Source of the DNA: Octopus vulgaris
Taxonomy: Eukaryota
Assembly (NCBI GenBank): GCA_951406725.2
Contig: OX597825.1
Coordinates: forward strand, 44,516,001-44,580,000
Direction of reading: 5' to 3'
DNA: 64,000 nucleotides
Position numbers and translations under genes: made by a program. The notes under the pieces are model-generated. The model saw only the letters and a program-made list of their open reading frames with translations. It did no database searches and was not told where the DNA came from. The first letter of the stretch is position 1. The number at the start of each line of letters is the position of its first letter. Below are positions 46,635 through 58,229 of this stretch, in pieces.

Positions 46635-47129
46635 GGAGGGAAAAGGCAAAACAACCAAACTGAAACCCCAACCCACCACACAAACAGCAAAGAACCCCAT
46701 GGAGGATCCAATGCCACCCAGTACACTTCAGGAAAGAAGAAATCTGGAAGGTACCGAAGAACCTGTAAGTTCTACCTGCGGGGCAAATGTTGGCATGGTG
46801 AGGACGGCAAAAACTGCCGGTTCGCCCACCCGACACCCCGTCAGAACTTCAGGGGACTCAAAGAGAAAAACTTTACCGAGGGAACACAAGAAATGTCTCC
46901 CAGGAAAACTTTCAAAAACGAAGTGCGCTCCTCAGATGTTCTGCGCAACGCAGCAGCTGAGCAAGAGTCTTTTTTATGCATGGCGGAAAGAATTGTCCGG
47001 CAGCTAACCTGGCTACACCAAGCACAGAGAAGGAACCCTGCCCACCACTATGCAAGACCACCACAGTCAACAGACACGGGATGGCCTCCCCTAACGCCTG
47101 CACAGCCGTCACCCCAATACTTTTACTAA
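46635..47129 (+). pseudogene. LINE ORF1 C-terminal part with a CCCH zinc finger
   Basis: Stop-free frame contains CKFYLRGKCWHGEDGKNCRFAH (from 46764) and overlaps the ORF2 start. The upstream part is frameshifted or truncated. Confidence 0.7.
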
Positions 47130-50080
47130 ATATTGGGGGCCTGTTGCATCAAAATAGAAACAAAATTTCTTTCCTGAGAGATCTTACTGCATGCAATCAA
47201 GCCCTATGCATAGCACTTGTGGAAACTCACCTCAACCTTGATATAGAGGACGCAGAAGTACACATACCAAACTATGCCATACTGCGAACAGACAGAAGGG
47301 AAAGGAGCCATGGTGGAGTTGCTGTATACATCCGAGATGACCTCACACCCCAGGTCTTGATGACATACTCAAATTCGGTATGTGACACCTTAATTGTATA
47401 CATAAGACAACATAATATAGTCATATGCAATACATATTGCCCACCGGATGCCCCAAATCACATAGGCAAGTTTGAAGATTGCCTCACAAGAATTAAAGAA
47501 ATCCTCATGAATCTGGAACACCACGTGACCATATTTCTTATGGGTGATTTCAACTTCCCCAACGTCAAATGGCCCGAAGGTCACATACTCTCAGGAATGA
47601 ATCATTGCAAGCAAGTACAGGTGGAGTCCCTGCTCAACCTCACCAATGCCTTATTCATGGAGCAAGTTGTACTCAAGCCAACTAGGGCGAATAACATTCT
47701 GGATCTCTGCTTCACGAACAATATGGACATCATTCATGATGTGAAAGTGACACCGACATCAGTTTCGGATCACAACATAATAGAGCTGTCTATGTTTGGG
47801 CCGAAAGTAACCAGAGACATACAGCCTAAAGGAAGCACCCGAAATCTCTCCAATCTGAACTTCCACAAAGCAGATTGGAAATCGATCCAAAAAGAGATCC
47901 TCAGAGAGGACTGGCCGGAATGTCTCTCCACACCAGACATTGACATGAAACTAGAATGTTTCATGTCTTCTGTGCAAGCCGTATGCCAGAAATATGTCCC
48001 AGAGCACAAGGCCAAAACAAATAGGAGCAAGATTCCAAGAGACAGGAAGATCCTCATGAGACGACGGACGAAGGTTGCAAATCGTCTCAACCAACATCCC
48101 AAAAGTAGCGAAACGTCCCGCCTAAAAACAACACTGATGGAGATCGAAAAAAGGCTGCAACAATCCTATGTGAAGGAGAAAGCAGACAAAGAAGCCTGGG
48201 TTATAAAAAACATTAAATCAAACCCAAAGGCCTTCTTTCATTACGCGAAAGAAACAGTCTCAGTGCACTACAAGATAGGACCCCTCCTCCAAAAGGATGG
48301 CTCCCTCACAGACAGTCCAACTATGATCAGTGAGATGCTGAATGACCAGTTCAAAAGTGTCTTTACCACCCCGTTGGAACACAGACAAGTGAACGAACCA
48401 GTGGACTTCTTTGCCGCCTCACCTATAACCAGCGAGGCGGTTACAATAGAATGTATTGACATTAGCGAAAAAGATGTCCTACTAGCCATAGATGAAGTGG
48501 ACACAAACTCAGCTGCTGGTCCAGACGGTTTCCCAGCCATCCTCCTCAAAGCGTGTAAGCATGCCCTGGCAAAACCCCTCAAGATTCTCTTCCAGAGCTT
48601 TCTTGCGAATGGCAAACTGCCAAGCAAGCTGAAGGAGGGAATAATATGCCCAATACATAAAGGGGGAAGTAGAGCAGATGCCAAAAACTATAGGCCTATC
48701 TCTCTGACTTCACACATCAGCAAAGTCATGGAAAGGATAGTCAGAAAGAAACTAATCGCATTCCTTGAGGAAAATAACTTGCTGAGTAATACCCAGCATG
48801 GTTTTCGACCAGGTAGGAGCTGCCTGACCCAGCTCTTACAGCATTATGACTGGGTGTTGAGGCAGTTACTCAACAAATCAAATGTGGACGTAATCTACCT
48901 TGATTTTGCAAAAGCTTTTGACAAGGTGGATCATGGTATGATATGCCACAAACTACGTGACCTCGGCATAGCTGGAAAACTTGGAGTGTGGTTGCATGAC
49001 TTCCTGAAAGATAGGAGTCAGGCAGTAGTGGTTAATGGAGCCACCTCTATGAACACACAAATAGTGAGCGGTGTTCCACAGGGCACTGTCTTGGGACCAC
49101 TGCTTTTTATAGTGGCCCTCTCAGATATGCCCTCAAATGCCCGGATAGCCACTCTGGCCAGCTATGCAGACGATACGAAAGTCTCGCAGAAAATACAGAA
49201 CCCCAGCGATGTTGCACACCTGCAGCAGGAGTTGGACTCAATCTACAGATGGGCTGAGGATAATAATATGCAGTTTAATGCTGAAAAATTCCAGGCCCTG
49301 CGCTACCAGCATCCAAAACTGAATATTAAACTTACAGGATACACCGGTCCACAGGGAATTTCAATCCCAGAGCCTAAGTCTGTGAGGGACCTGGGTATCG
49401 ACATGAGTGATGATACCTCTTTCCAAGTGCACATTACCAGGATGGCGACAAAGTGCAGACGACTGGCTGGGTGGATCCTAAGAACATTCAGAACCAGAGA
49501 TAAGGAAACCATGATGGTCCTCTGGCGGACATTCGTCCTCAGTCGCCTGGATTACTGCTCACAGCTATGGTCACCCACCAGTGTAAAATTAACAGCGGAC
49601 CTTGAAGCAATCCAGAGAAGATTCACAAAGAAGATCGTCTCTTTGCAACAGCTCAGCTACTGGGAAAGGTTGAAACAGCTAAGACTCTACTCCCTGGAGA
49701 GAAGACGGGAGAGGTATGCAGTAATATATGTCTGGAAGATCCTGGAAGGAATTGTGCCAAATTTTGGCATTGTAAGCTACACCAATGCTAGAACGGGACG
49801 ACACTGCATAGTGCCAAAGATCCCAGCAATGCCATCACGCTTCAGGACCAGCTTCTGCAACAGCCTGGGTTTCAAGGGCCCACAGCTTTTTAATATTCTC
49901 CCAAAGAGTCTGAGGAACTTGCACAAAGTAGATGTAGCGGTTTTTAAATCAAAGCTGGACATCTTCCTGTCAAGAGTCCCAGATGAACCTACCTCACGGC
50001 AAGAGGTGCAAATGAGAGTAGCTGTATCAAACTCCATTCTTCACCAAGTGCCACATATTAGACGAGGTTCGTCGCAATAA
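46976..50080 (+). CDS. LINE ORF2: APE endonuclease plus reverse transcriptase (1034 aa, uninterrupted)
   Basis: APE motifs LVETHL, GDFNFP, SDHN. RT motifs YRPISLTS, QHGFR, YLDFAKAFDKV, GVPQGTVLGPLLF, YADDTK. C-terminal SLERRRERY. Confidence 0.96.
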   Translation: MHGGKNCPAANLATPSTEKEPCPPLCKTTTVNRHGMASPNACTAVTPILLLNIGGLLHQNRNKISFLRDLTACNQALCIALVETHLNLDIEDAEVHIPNYAILRTDRRERSHGGVAVYIRDDLTPQVLMTYSNSVCDTLIVYIRQHNIVICNTYCPPDAPNHIGKFEDCLTRIKEILMNLEHHVTIFLMGDFNFPNVKWPEGHILSGMNHCKQVQVESLLNLTNALFMEQVVLKPTRANNILDLCFTNNMDIIHDVKVTPTSVSDHNIIELSMFGPKVTRDIQPKGSTRNLSNLNFHKADWKSIQKEILREDWPECLSTPDIDMKLECFMSSVQAVCQKYVPEHKAKTNRSKIPRDRKILMRRRTKVANRLNQHPKSSETSRLKTTLMEIEKRLQQSYVKEKADKEAWVIKNIKSNPKAFFHYAKETVSVHYKIGPLLQKDGSLTDSPTMISEMLNDQFKSVFTTPLEHRQVNEPVDFFAASPITSEAVTIECIDISEKDVLLAIDEVDTNSAAGPDGFPAILLKACKHALAKPLKILFQSFLANGKLPSKLKEGIICPIHKGGSRADAKNYRPISLTSHISKVMERIVRKKLIAFLEENNLLSNTQHGFRPGRSCLTQLLQHYDWVLRQLLNKSNVDVIYLDFAKAFDKVDHGMICHKLRDLGIAGKLGVWLHDFLKDRSQAVVVNGATSMNTQIVSGVPQGTVLGPLLFIVALSDMPSNARIATLASYADDTKVSQKIQNPSDVAHLQQELDSIYRWAEDNNMQFNAEKFQALRYQHPKLNIKLTGYTGPQGISIPEPKSVRDLGIDMSDDTSFQVHITRMATKCRRLAGWILRTFRTRDKETMMVLWRTFVLSRLDYCSQLWSPTSVKLTADLEAIQRRFTKKIVSLQQLSYWERLKQLRLYSLERRRERYAVIYVWKILEGIVPNFGIVSYTNARTGRHCIVPKIPAMPSRFRTSFCNSLGFKGPQLFNILPKSLRNLHKVDVAVFKSKLDIFLSRVPDEPTSRQEVQMRVAVSNSILHQVPHIRRGSSQ

Positions 50081-50698
50081 CAGTGTAGCACAAAACGGCG
50101 GTGCATCAGCATGGCCGCAGCTCTGAGCTGAAACTAGAAAAAAAAAATATATATATATATATATATTGTTGTGAGTTCAACTTAGGGACAGTTGATGGTG
50201 ACCTACTTTGCTGGCTTGGAGACTCCCCGACCCCTTCAGGTGAATTAGGGTTAATTTTGGAGGGCTGCCCCCTTAAGTAAGCAGTTCAGGGTGTGAGAGA
50301 CAGTGAAGAAGAGGAGGAAGAATGTAGTGAGGAAGACAGATTAAGGAATCTGAGCGGGGATAGAGAGAGTATTAGAGCTAAGAGAGGGATTGAGGGTAGT
50401 GACAGAGCAAGAAGTTTTGGACAGTCGGTATTTGGAGTTCAAGGCAAGCAGTCGGCGGTTTTGGAGTATTGGGACAGAGAGATATATATACAGAGGAATA
50501 GGCGGCTGATAGAGAGGAACTACAATATGAGACATTGGCTAATGTACGGTACGTGTTGTGAATTGTAACGTGAATTGTTGTATTGATATGTGAAGAAAAA
50601 CAAGGAAAAGTGCTAGGAATTTTCCAAACAATTCTAGATATTACTCTATAATCAATTCACATAAGGTTAGGATAGGTTTTTCAAACACAAAAAATCTC

Positions 50699-51238
50699 TT
50701 GCAAATCATATCTTCTCATAATAACAAACTGTTAAATATTAATACATTTACTAATACTAACATTAATTTAGCTAATACCATCCAACCTTCTAGAAATATT
50801 AATAACAAGGTTATTGTATCTGAAGTCAATTCCAATAGAATTAAGTTTATGTCAAGTAACTCTAAGATTAAAAATTCTATATACCAGTGTATAATCAGTA
50901 CTCGTAATAAAGTACGATTTTACATTGGAAGCACATCGTTAGAGTTATCTAAAAGAATTTCTGTCCATTACTCAACATTTAGGGATAGAAATAAACGGAA
51001 TAGTACCGGTCTCAGCAAACTGATTTGGGATTTAAAAGACCACAATGAACAATTTCATTTAGAATGGTTGATCCTCTCAATTTCGATACCATATGACAAA
51101 GGCAAGAAATTCTGTCTTCTCTGTAATTCTGAGTTATTTTTCATTATTTTTTCTAAAAATACTCTTGTAAACACGGTTATAGAGCGAGCATACAGATGTA
51201 AGCATTGGCAAAAACATACATTTAGTGCATATAAGTAG
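50699..51238 (+). pseudogene. GIY-YIG endonuclease domain of a Penelope-like element
   Basis: 'SIYQCII..FYIGST..KRISVHYSTF..STGLSKLIWDLK..CLLCNSE..CKH'. Confidence 0.85.
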
Positions 51239-51440
51239 TCTCTATCATTATATATAATTTAAACTTTAATTTCCTTTATATTTAACATTCACTATTAATA
51301 TCCTTACTCTTTCTGTTAGCTACTTATGACGTTATATCATATAACGTTTTTTTAAACAATATTAATAGCGTTCTGTCTATCGCTATACAAATCCATCATT
51401 TTTTGCTAAAAATGTCTTATTGACGAGTTTCGTTTTTTTC

Positions 51441-51526
51441 ACTTTCCTGAGGAGAAGATTGCATTGTTTATACCATTTATTCTTTTGAATAGTATCAGTG
51501 GAATTTTCGAAACATGTGTCGAAAGT
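51441..51526 (+). ncRNA. Canonical-core type-I hammerhead ribozyme
   Basis: ACTTTC-CTGAGGA-GAAGATT..AATTTTC-GAAA-CATGT-GTC^GAAAGT. Predicted cleavage after 51520. Confidence 0.88.
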
Positions 51527-51716
51527 AAAAATATTTGATTACGCCTGCGTTAACTCCATTTTTTATTCATATTATTCAAAATATTGAACGTAAACACGAA
51601 GTTTCTACCTTTATAAAGAAGGAGTTACAACACCTTTACTTGTGAGATTTTTGCTGCCCTGGTAACTATTTATTTATTTTTTCCGTGTTAATTGTTAACA
51701 AGGTAAAAATACACTC

Positions 51717-51781
<65 letters not shown>

Positions 51782-51908
51782 GGGCAAAGGTATTATATAT
51801 ATTATATGGGCAAAGGTAAAAGAATTCAGTCACTACTACCATTCACAACAAGTCACTTTCAGGGCACTTGACCATTTAACATCCTACTACTATCATAGCA
51901 CTCCCGCG

Positions 51909-52135
51909 TTCTTCTTCTTCTTCTTCTTCTTCTTCTTCTTCTTCTTCTTCTTCTTCTTCTTCTTCTTCTTCTTCTTCTTCTTCTTCTTCTTCTTCTTCTT
52001 CTTCTTCTTCTTCTTCTCTTCTTCTTCTTCTTCTTCTTCTTCTTCTTCTTCTTCTTCTTCTTCTTCTCCTTCTTCTTCTTCTTCTTCTTCTTCTTCTTCT
52101 TCTTCTTCATCATCATCATCATCTTCTTCTTCTTC
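51909..52135. repeat. (TTC)n microsatellite
   Basis: Directly visible. Confidence 0.99.
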
Positions 52136-52524
52136 TCTGCTATGAATTCACAATGACCTCAAACCCACAAGAGTAAACAAGAGAGACAGAGAAGGCAGAA
52201 ACAAGGAAAATGCCCCGTGTATTTGAATACTATGCAGATATTCTTTTAAAAAACTTTTCATTTAATTTTACCAAAATTTAATTGTTTTCCAATGACTGAA
52301 ACCGGTACTGAAATGTTTTTTAGAAAATTACCTTAGCATTTTCTACCTTGACTTTTTTTCCATATATATATATATATATATGCGTATATGTGTGTATGAA
52401 TATTTATATATATTACACACGCACACGCACACGCACACACATATAAGTATGATTTACCTATAACTATATATATATATATATATATATGCGCGTGTGTATC
52501 TGTGTGTGTTTATGAGAGATTATA

Positions 52525-53607
52525 CAGGGTGCGTAATGTATTTAGTGACATACCTGTTTTTGGTCATTGCTGCATTTTTTACTAACTCTGTAGAATTTTT
52601 GTTTCAGAAAATCAGCTTAGTCAAGAAAGGAAGGGGCATGCTGTTATTGTGGTTATACATGTTGAGCATAGCGAATCAGAAAGATGCCGATTTTTAAAAG
52701 TTGCCAGATCTTTCGTTTACATAGTTTGTAAGGAGCTAGAGACTAAAGATGGAAACGTACCGCCAGTATCAAAGCATAAAAAGCATTCTAAACGCTCGGT
52801 AATCATCAGAAACCGGAATTTATCCAGCAAGTTCAACAGACTATTGATTACAATCCCAGAAAGTCTATGAGATCAATTGCAAAAGATCGCCATCTGGCAG
52901 AAGGAACAGTCAGAAATGTTGTTGACGAAGACATCAGATATAAGTCTTATGTGATGAGGAAAGGTCAATTTGTCAGAAAAACCCAAAGAAAATCACTACA
53001 TCAAATCTAAAAGGCTCTTAAACAAACTGAAAATCCAGCAGAAGAATTGATTTGATTTTCTCAAACGTGAAAAACTTCGACCAATATCAAAAAGTTAAAA
53101 GAAGGAATGACAGATGTTATATGTGCAGATCCTTCTGATGTTCCAGGTATTATGTATACTAAATTTCCTGCAACTGTCATGGTTTTAGGGGTTGTCAACA
53201 ATGAAGGACATGTGATGCCTCCTTAATTCTTTCCACAAGGCCTTAGAGTTAAGTCTGCCGCTTACATTGAGGTCATGGAAATAATTGTTAAGCCCTGGAT
53301 AGACAGTGTATGCAATGGAAGAAGGCCATATGTGTTTCAGTAAGACTCTGCACTATCTCACATGGCTCTAGTAACATAGGAATAGATGACTGAAATTTTT
53401 TATGATCACATAACCCCTAACATTTGGCCTCCTAATTCCCCAGATATCAATCCATTGGACTATTACATGTGGAGCGTTGTTGAGAGAGAGATCAATGAAC
53501 ACGCCCATAACACCAAAGATTCTATGAAAGCTGCCATAGTCAGTATAATGTCCAAAATGAACCAGGACTAGTTGATTCGAGCATGTAGATGATTTAGATC
53601 TCGGTCT
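52525..53607 (+). mobile_element. Degenerate Tc1/mariner of DD37D (maT) type, 3' end lost
   Basis: TA|CAGGGTG start. The D of 'YVFQ*DSA' (53344) and the last D of 'WPPNSPDINPLDY' (53458) are separated by 37 residues. Confidence 0.85.
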
Positions 53608-55825
53608 GCTTAGGAGGCCGTTGTGTCCTAGCATATGTGCTGCTTCTTTTAGTTTTTGTATTTTCCAGTAGTGTTCTCTGTCTAATATTTTAAATACATC
53701 CTACAGGGGGAGGTGGTTTCCATTTTTCCACACATGTTCAGCTCTACTCGATTTATCAATATCTCCTCGTGTCACAGCTTTGCGATGTTCGTCTATCCTT
53801 ATTTTGAGGGGGCAGCATTTTTCGCCTTTGTATAACCTACCACAGCTATGGGATGGAGTAAACGCAGTCTTTAGTCATATTCTCTTCTATTGGTTGTTTT
53901 ACTCGAAGGAGATATTTGCGAATTATTGTATAACTCTTGAATTCTGGCCTGATGTCATATGAGCCACATATCTTTTGTATCTTTTCGGAGAGGGCTTTCA
54001 CATAGGGTAGACAGACTGTGGACAGTTTATTGACCACATCCTCTCTCTTCTCCATAAATGGAGTGGATAGTATACTTTTGGGGTAGTTGTTACTTAACAG
54101 ATCGTTATTGAGCTTGATTTTTTCTTTGTGTTATGTATCACGGTCGCTACTTATATTCTTTGCACGAAGTTTTAGGCACTGAGCAATCCCTCTCTTTACA
54201 CTGTATGGATGGTGGGAATTGAAGTTGAGGTATTGTCCAGTAATGGTCGGCTTGCGGTATACGGATGTCCAGAATTCATACTTGGTGTGTGTTATTAATA
54301 CGTCCAGGAATGCCAGCTGATTGTCTTTTTCCTTTGCCATTGCGAACTGTATGGATGGCTTTATTGAGTTCACGTGATCTAATGGCACTTGGACATCTTC
54401 CTAGTGGAGCCAGAGTATAAAGGTGTCATCAACATATCGTAGCCATAGTGTTGCTTTAAGTGGTGTTGATCCTAAAGTCAAATTCTCAAAATATTCCATG
54501 GCTATTACCGGTGATAATGGCGAACCCATGGCTAAACCCTCCTCTTGTTGGTATATATATCAGTGTCCATACAGAAGTAGGTACTTTCTACACAGAAGGT
54601 CAACATTTCCATCAAGTTTCTTATTGGTATAAAGTGCGTTCTTTTAGATGGGTGACTGTCACTAGTTTTTCTTGTATCACTGATAGTACTTCATCACTTG
54701 AGACGTTGGTGAACAGGCTTATTACATTTAGACCCACCATCTGGCTGGATTCAATAGGAGTATCCTTGATCAATTCTGTGAAGTGGGTGGAATTCTTCAC
54801 GTACGATGTTGACCTTCCTGCTCATGGACTGATTAAGAAGCGGTTCAGTGGATGACATGCTGAACCTCTACAGCACACTATAGATCTTAATGGAATACCA
54901 TCCTTGTGAATCTTAGGGAGACCGTACATGTGTAGTAGTTTACTGTGGTGTTAAGTCAGTTGTCTGTACTTCATTGGTGTAAAGTGATCCTTGTTCTTGA
55001 TCTACCTCTCTGTTTTCAGAGTTGGGTCTTTCTTTTCTTTGCTGTAGTTACCATCACGTATAAGACTTGGCAACTTTTCAGAGTAGTCAGACTTGTTCAT
55101 CACCACCTTAGCATTTCCCTTGTCTGCTGGAAGTATTATGATGGAATTGTCACTCTGTAGCGAACTTTTCTTCCTAAGTGATGTTTCGTTTAGGAGGCTT
55201 TGCTTTTTCTAGTACCTGTCTCACCTTCCACCTTAGTTCATCTCCCTAAGCTTTTGGTATCTTTACGGCTATCTCTTCAATAGGGGCTATTATGTCCAAG
55301 TATGGAATACACTTGATGGTTGTCGCAAAGTTGAGACTTTTGTTCAGTACTGCTTCTTTAGAGCTTTCTAGGTGTCGGCTACTTATATTAATTACCGCTT
55401 TCACAAGTGAGTAACGGATTTCTGTCTTCATTCTGTAACCTTTGAGTTTCAGAAACTTCTTAATCTGGCGTGTCTTCACCATTTCAAATTCTTTCATGCA
55501 CGACTTTTCCAGATCTTGATGGATTCTCTTTCTATCACCATCTCTGGTTAATTTCCTAAGTAATGAAGATAACCTTTCTTTGATTTCGTTATTTAGTTGA
55601 TGTTTTTTCCAACGACTGAAATGGATCCTCTCACGCACGAGGGCACGTCCTGCCCTTTCCGCTACTCTTCTAGCTTTATGTGAATCGACTGGTGTCACTA
55701 TATTCAAGCCAGGTGGTATTAGCTTTGAGTCTCTACATCTACACAGGAAAGTTAGATGGTTTGAAAGACGAGCTAGTTTTTGATGGAGTTTCTCAATGTC
55801 TCCATTGAAGTCTAATGTCGGCTAC
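53608..55825 (-). mobile_element. Degenerate Penelope/Poseidon-like retroelement (RT plus GIY-YIG)
   Basis: 'GLAMGSPLSP', 'WLRYVDDTF', 'LAFLDVLI..SVYRKPT..YLNFNSHHP', 'LPYVKALSEKI', 'CVYSIP..RIDEH'. Confidence 0.9.
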
Positions 55826-56838
55826 GTACCGATTATATATACACTTCTATATAAATATAGATAATATAGATAATATATTTATATTATATAATACAGTTCT
55901 ATATAAATATAGAACTGTATTATGGAAAAGGTTTATTTTTATCGTCATAGCATTTTTTGGTACATAAAGTTATTATTTGTTATTATATATCTTTTTTTTA
56001 TAAACATAAATCTGTCCTCAGATATGTTACGCACCCTGTATTTGTTTATGTGTGCATGTGCATGTACCTACGTAAGAGTGAGTTTATTTACCTGTTTATA
56101 TGTGTCACCTAGCTTCTTTGTTCTGTCCTTCTGTTCATATATTTCTTAGCATGCATTTTTAAAATATACTTTGGCTCTTCTATATCTCTTCTCTTTTGCT
56201 ATTTGCTATATCATCCATTGTTCAAATTTCGCAGTACTCATTTACTTTATTGCATCTTTATCCGTCCCTCTTTCCGTGTCTCTCGCACTTTCTACCCACC
56301 TCTCTCTATGTCTCTCTGTCTCTGTTTCTGTCTCTGTTTGTCTGTCTGTCTGTCTGTCTCTCTCTTTCTCTCTCTCTCTCCCTCTCTCTCTCGAAAGAAG
56401 AGTAAACACCTTATAACACCTTGTTTGCTACGAATTCTCATACAGTAAATTTCCTTAGTGTGTATAGGTGTCAGTTTCCTTGGATTCCGTTCTTCAGTAT
56501 AAATTCTTAATTAACTGTCTAAGGTGTAGAGCGATAAATCATTGCAATTGTGAATCTATTTGTAGTGTGTCGAAGGAATATTTGCCAAACAACTTAATTG
56601 CTGTTTTCGCAACAGACCGTCAGTATAAATCTGTATAAAATTGTGACAAAATCTAGTTTATCAGAACTGAACCTATTTAGCAGGTATAAAAGAATGTGTA
56701 TGAAAGAATATTTGTGGGTTCTTTGAGAAGAATCCATAACAATGCAAGCGAAAAGTTTGTAGGATCTAACGAATTTTGCCTTATAACAACTTTCGGTCAA
56801 GAAACACGTCGTGTGCGCGTGTGCGCGTGCGCGCACAC

Positions 56839-56869
<31 letters not shown>

Positions 56870-57447
56870 AGGAACTGAGTCATGTATTTTAACCATCGCT
56901 TGAAATATCTTGTTTGATCTTCCCAAGTATCAAACTTAATCCTTAAGGTTGGTGAACATAATACTTATAAAATTAACAGAAAATCTACATACTAGTATTG
57001 TAGCTCAAAATTTATGTTTGTTTTTCTAAAACCTTAGTACCAACAAGGCGATATCTCAAGAGGTTTACACCAACTGTAAAACTGACTTCCACGACAATAG
57101 AAATGATTCTGAGGATGCCATAACTTGAAAACATCAATTAACACTTATGTTAGACAAGTGAGATAAAACAGAAACAATATTTATAGTGGATGAAGACATG
57201 AATCAATGATTGATAATTAGCGTCATTCACTGTAGGATGGGGAATACGCAAACTCATATTTCAAATCAGGATTTCAAATCAGCTTTCAAATTTAATGAAA
57301 TACTATACTGCGATCCAGTAAATTAATATTTAGTTGAATCTTCATACAAAAGTTATGAACATATATATTTATATGCATGAATGTTAATAACTGTTTGGAC
57401 AATGGTGGGCCATTAATCTTTGCCCGTTAAAGCAAATAAATTTGCAA

Positions 57448-57497
<50 letters not shown>

Positions 57498-57568
57498 GAG
57501 AGAGAAAGGGGAGAGAGAGGGAGAACTAGAGAAAGAGGGAGAGAGAGGAAAGAAAGAGAGAGAGAGTG

Positions 57569-57606
<38 letters not shown>

Positions 57607-57758
57607 GCCACCTACGTGCAAACATTCACTCATACATTGAAATGGAGAGATACACACATACATACTCTTACATTTTGAAATACACTGTTAGGAAACCGAT
57701 AACTTTTTGTGTGTGAGCCTCTCTCCCTCACTCTCTTCCTCTCTCCCTCATTCTGTTC

Positions 57759-57791
<33 letters not shown>

Positions 57792-57812
57792 CATATAAAT
57801 ACATATACATAC

Positions 57813-57854
<42 letters not shown>

Positions 57855-58229
57855 ATGTATACTGTTCGAGCTTTATTTAAGTTTTTAAGAGAGTCCTAAC
57901 CGGTCACCAACAAACCGATAAAACATTTTGCGTTAAGAGAGTTCTCGGTGTTTGTAAATGTGTGTTTGAATTGGTGCGTTAGTTGAGCAGTCGATGCACG
58001 CATCCAAGTGTGTGCGTCAATTCACCGAATGAATCTCCCAAGGAGAAAAATCTACGTCAGTTTCTTTTGCTCTTTCTTTGAAAAATTTAATATTTCTAAA
58101 ATTTGCTGGCCCATAAGGTATGATGGTACACGAATGACAATTTATACATAAGGTACAAGCGCTGTAAGTTCCACATTCTATTGTCATAAATGTTCTCTTT
58201 TTCTTGGACTTTTGATTGTACACTCACAT

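Larger units (their letters stand above)
46301..50147 (+). mobile_element. APE-type LINE (CR1-group/Proto2-like), 5'-truncated, inserted in (TA)n
   Basis: ORF1 remnant, intact ORF2, short 3' UTR and A tail; (TA)n on both flanks. Clade assignment is uncertain. Confidence 0.9.
50590..51722 (+). mobile_element. 5'-truncated Penelope-like element (Neptune-like): GIY-YIG domain plus pseudo-LTR
   Basis: GIY-YIG ORF followed by a hammerhead motif; ends in (TA)n. Confidence 0.85.

Noticed and set aside
50167-50590. Possible solo LTR (starts TGTTGTG, purine-rich)
   Set aside because: No matching ..CA end, TSD, PBS/PPT or second copy in the window.
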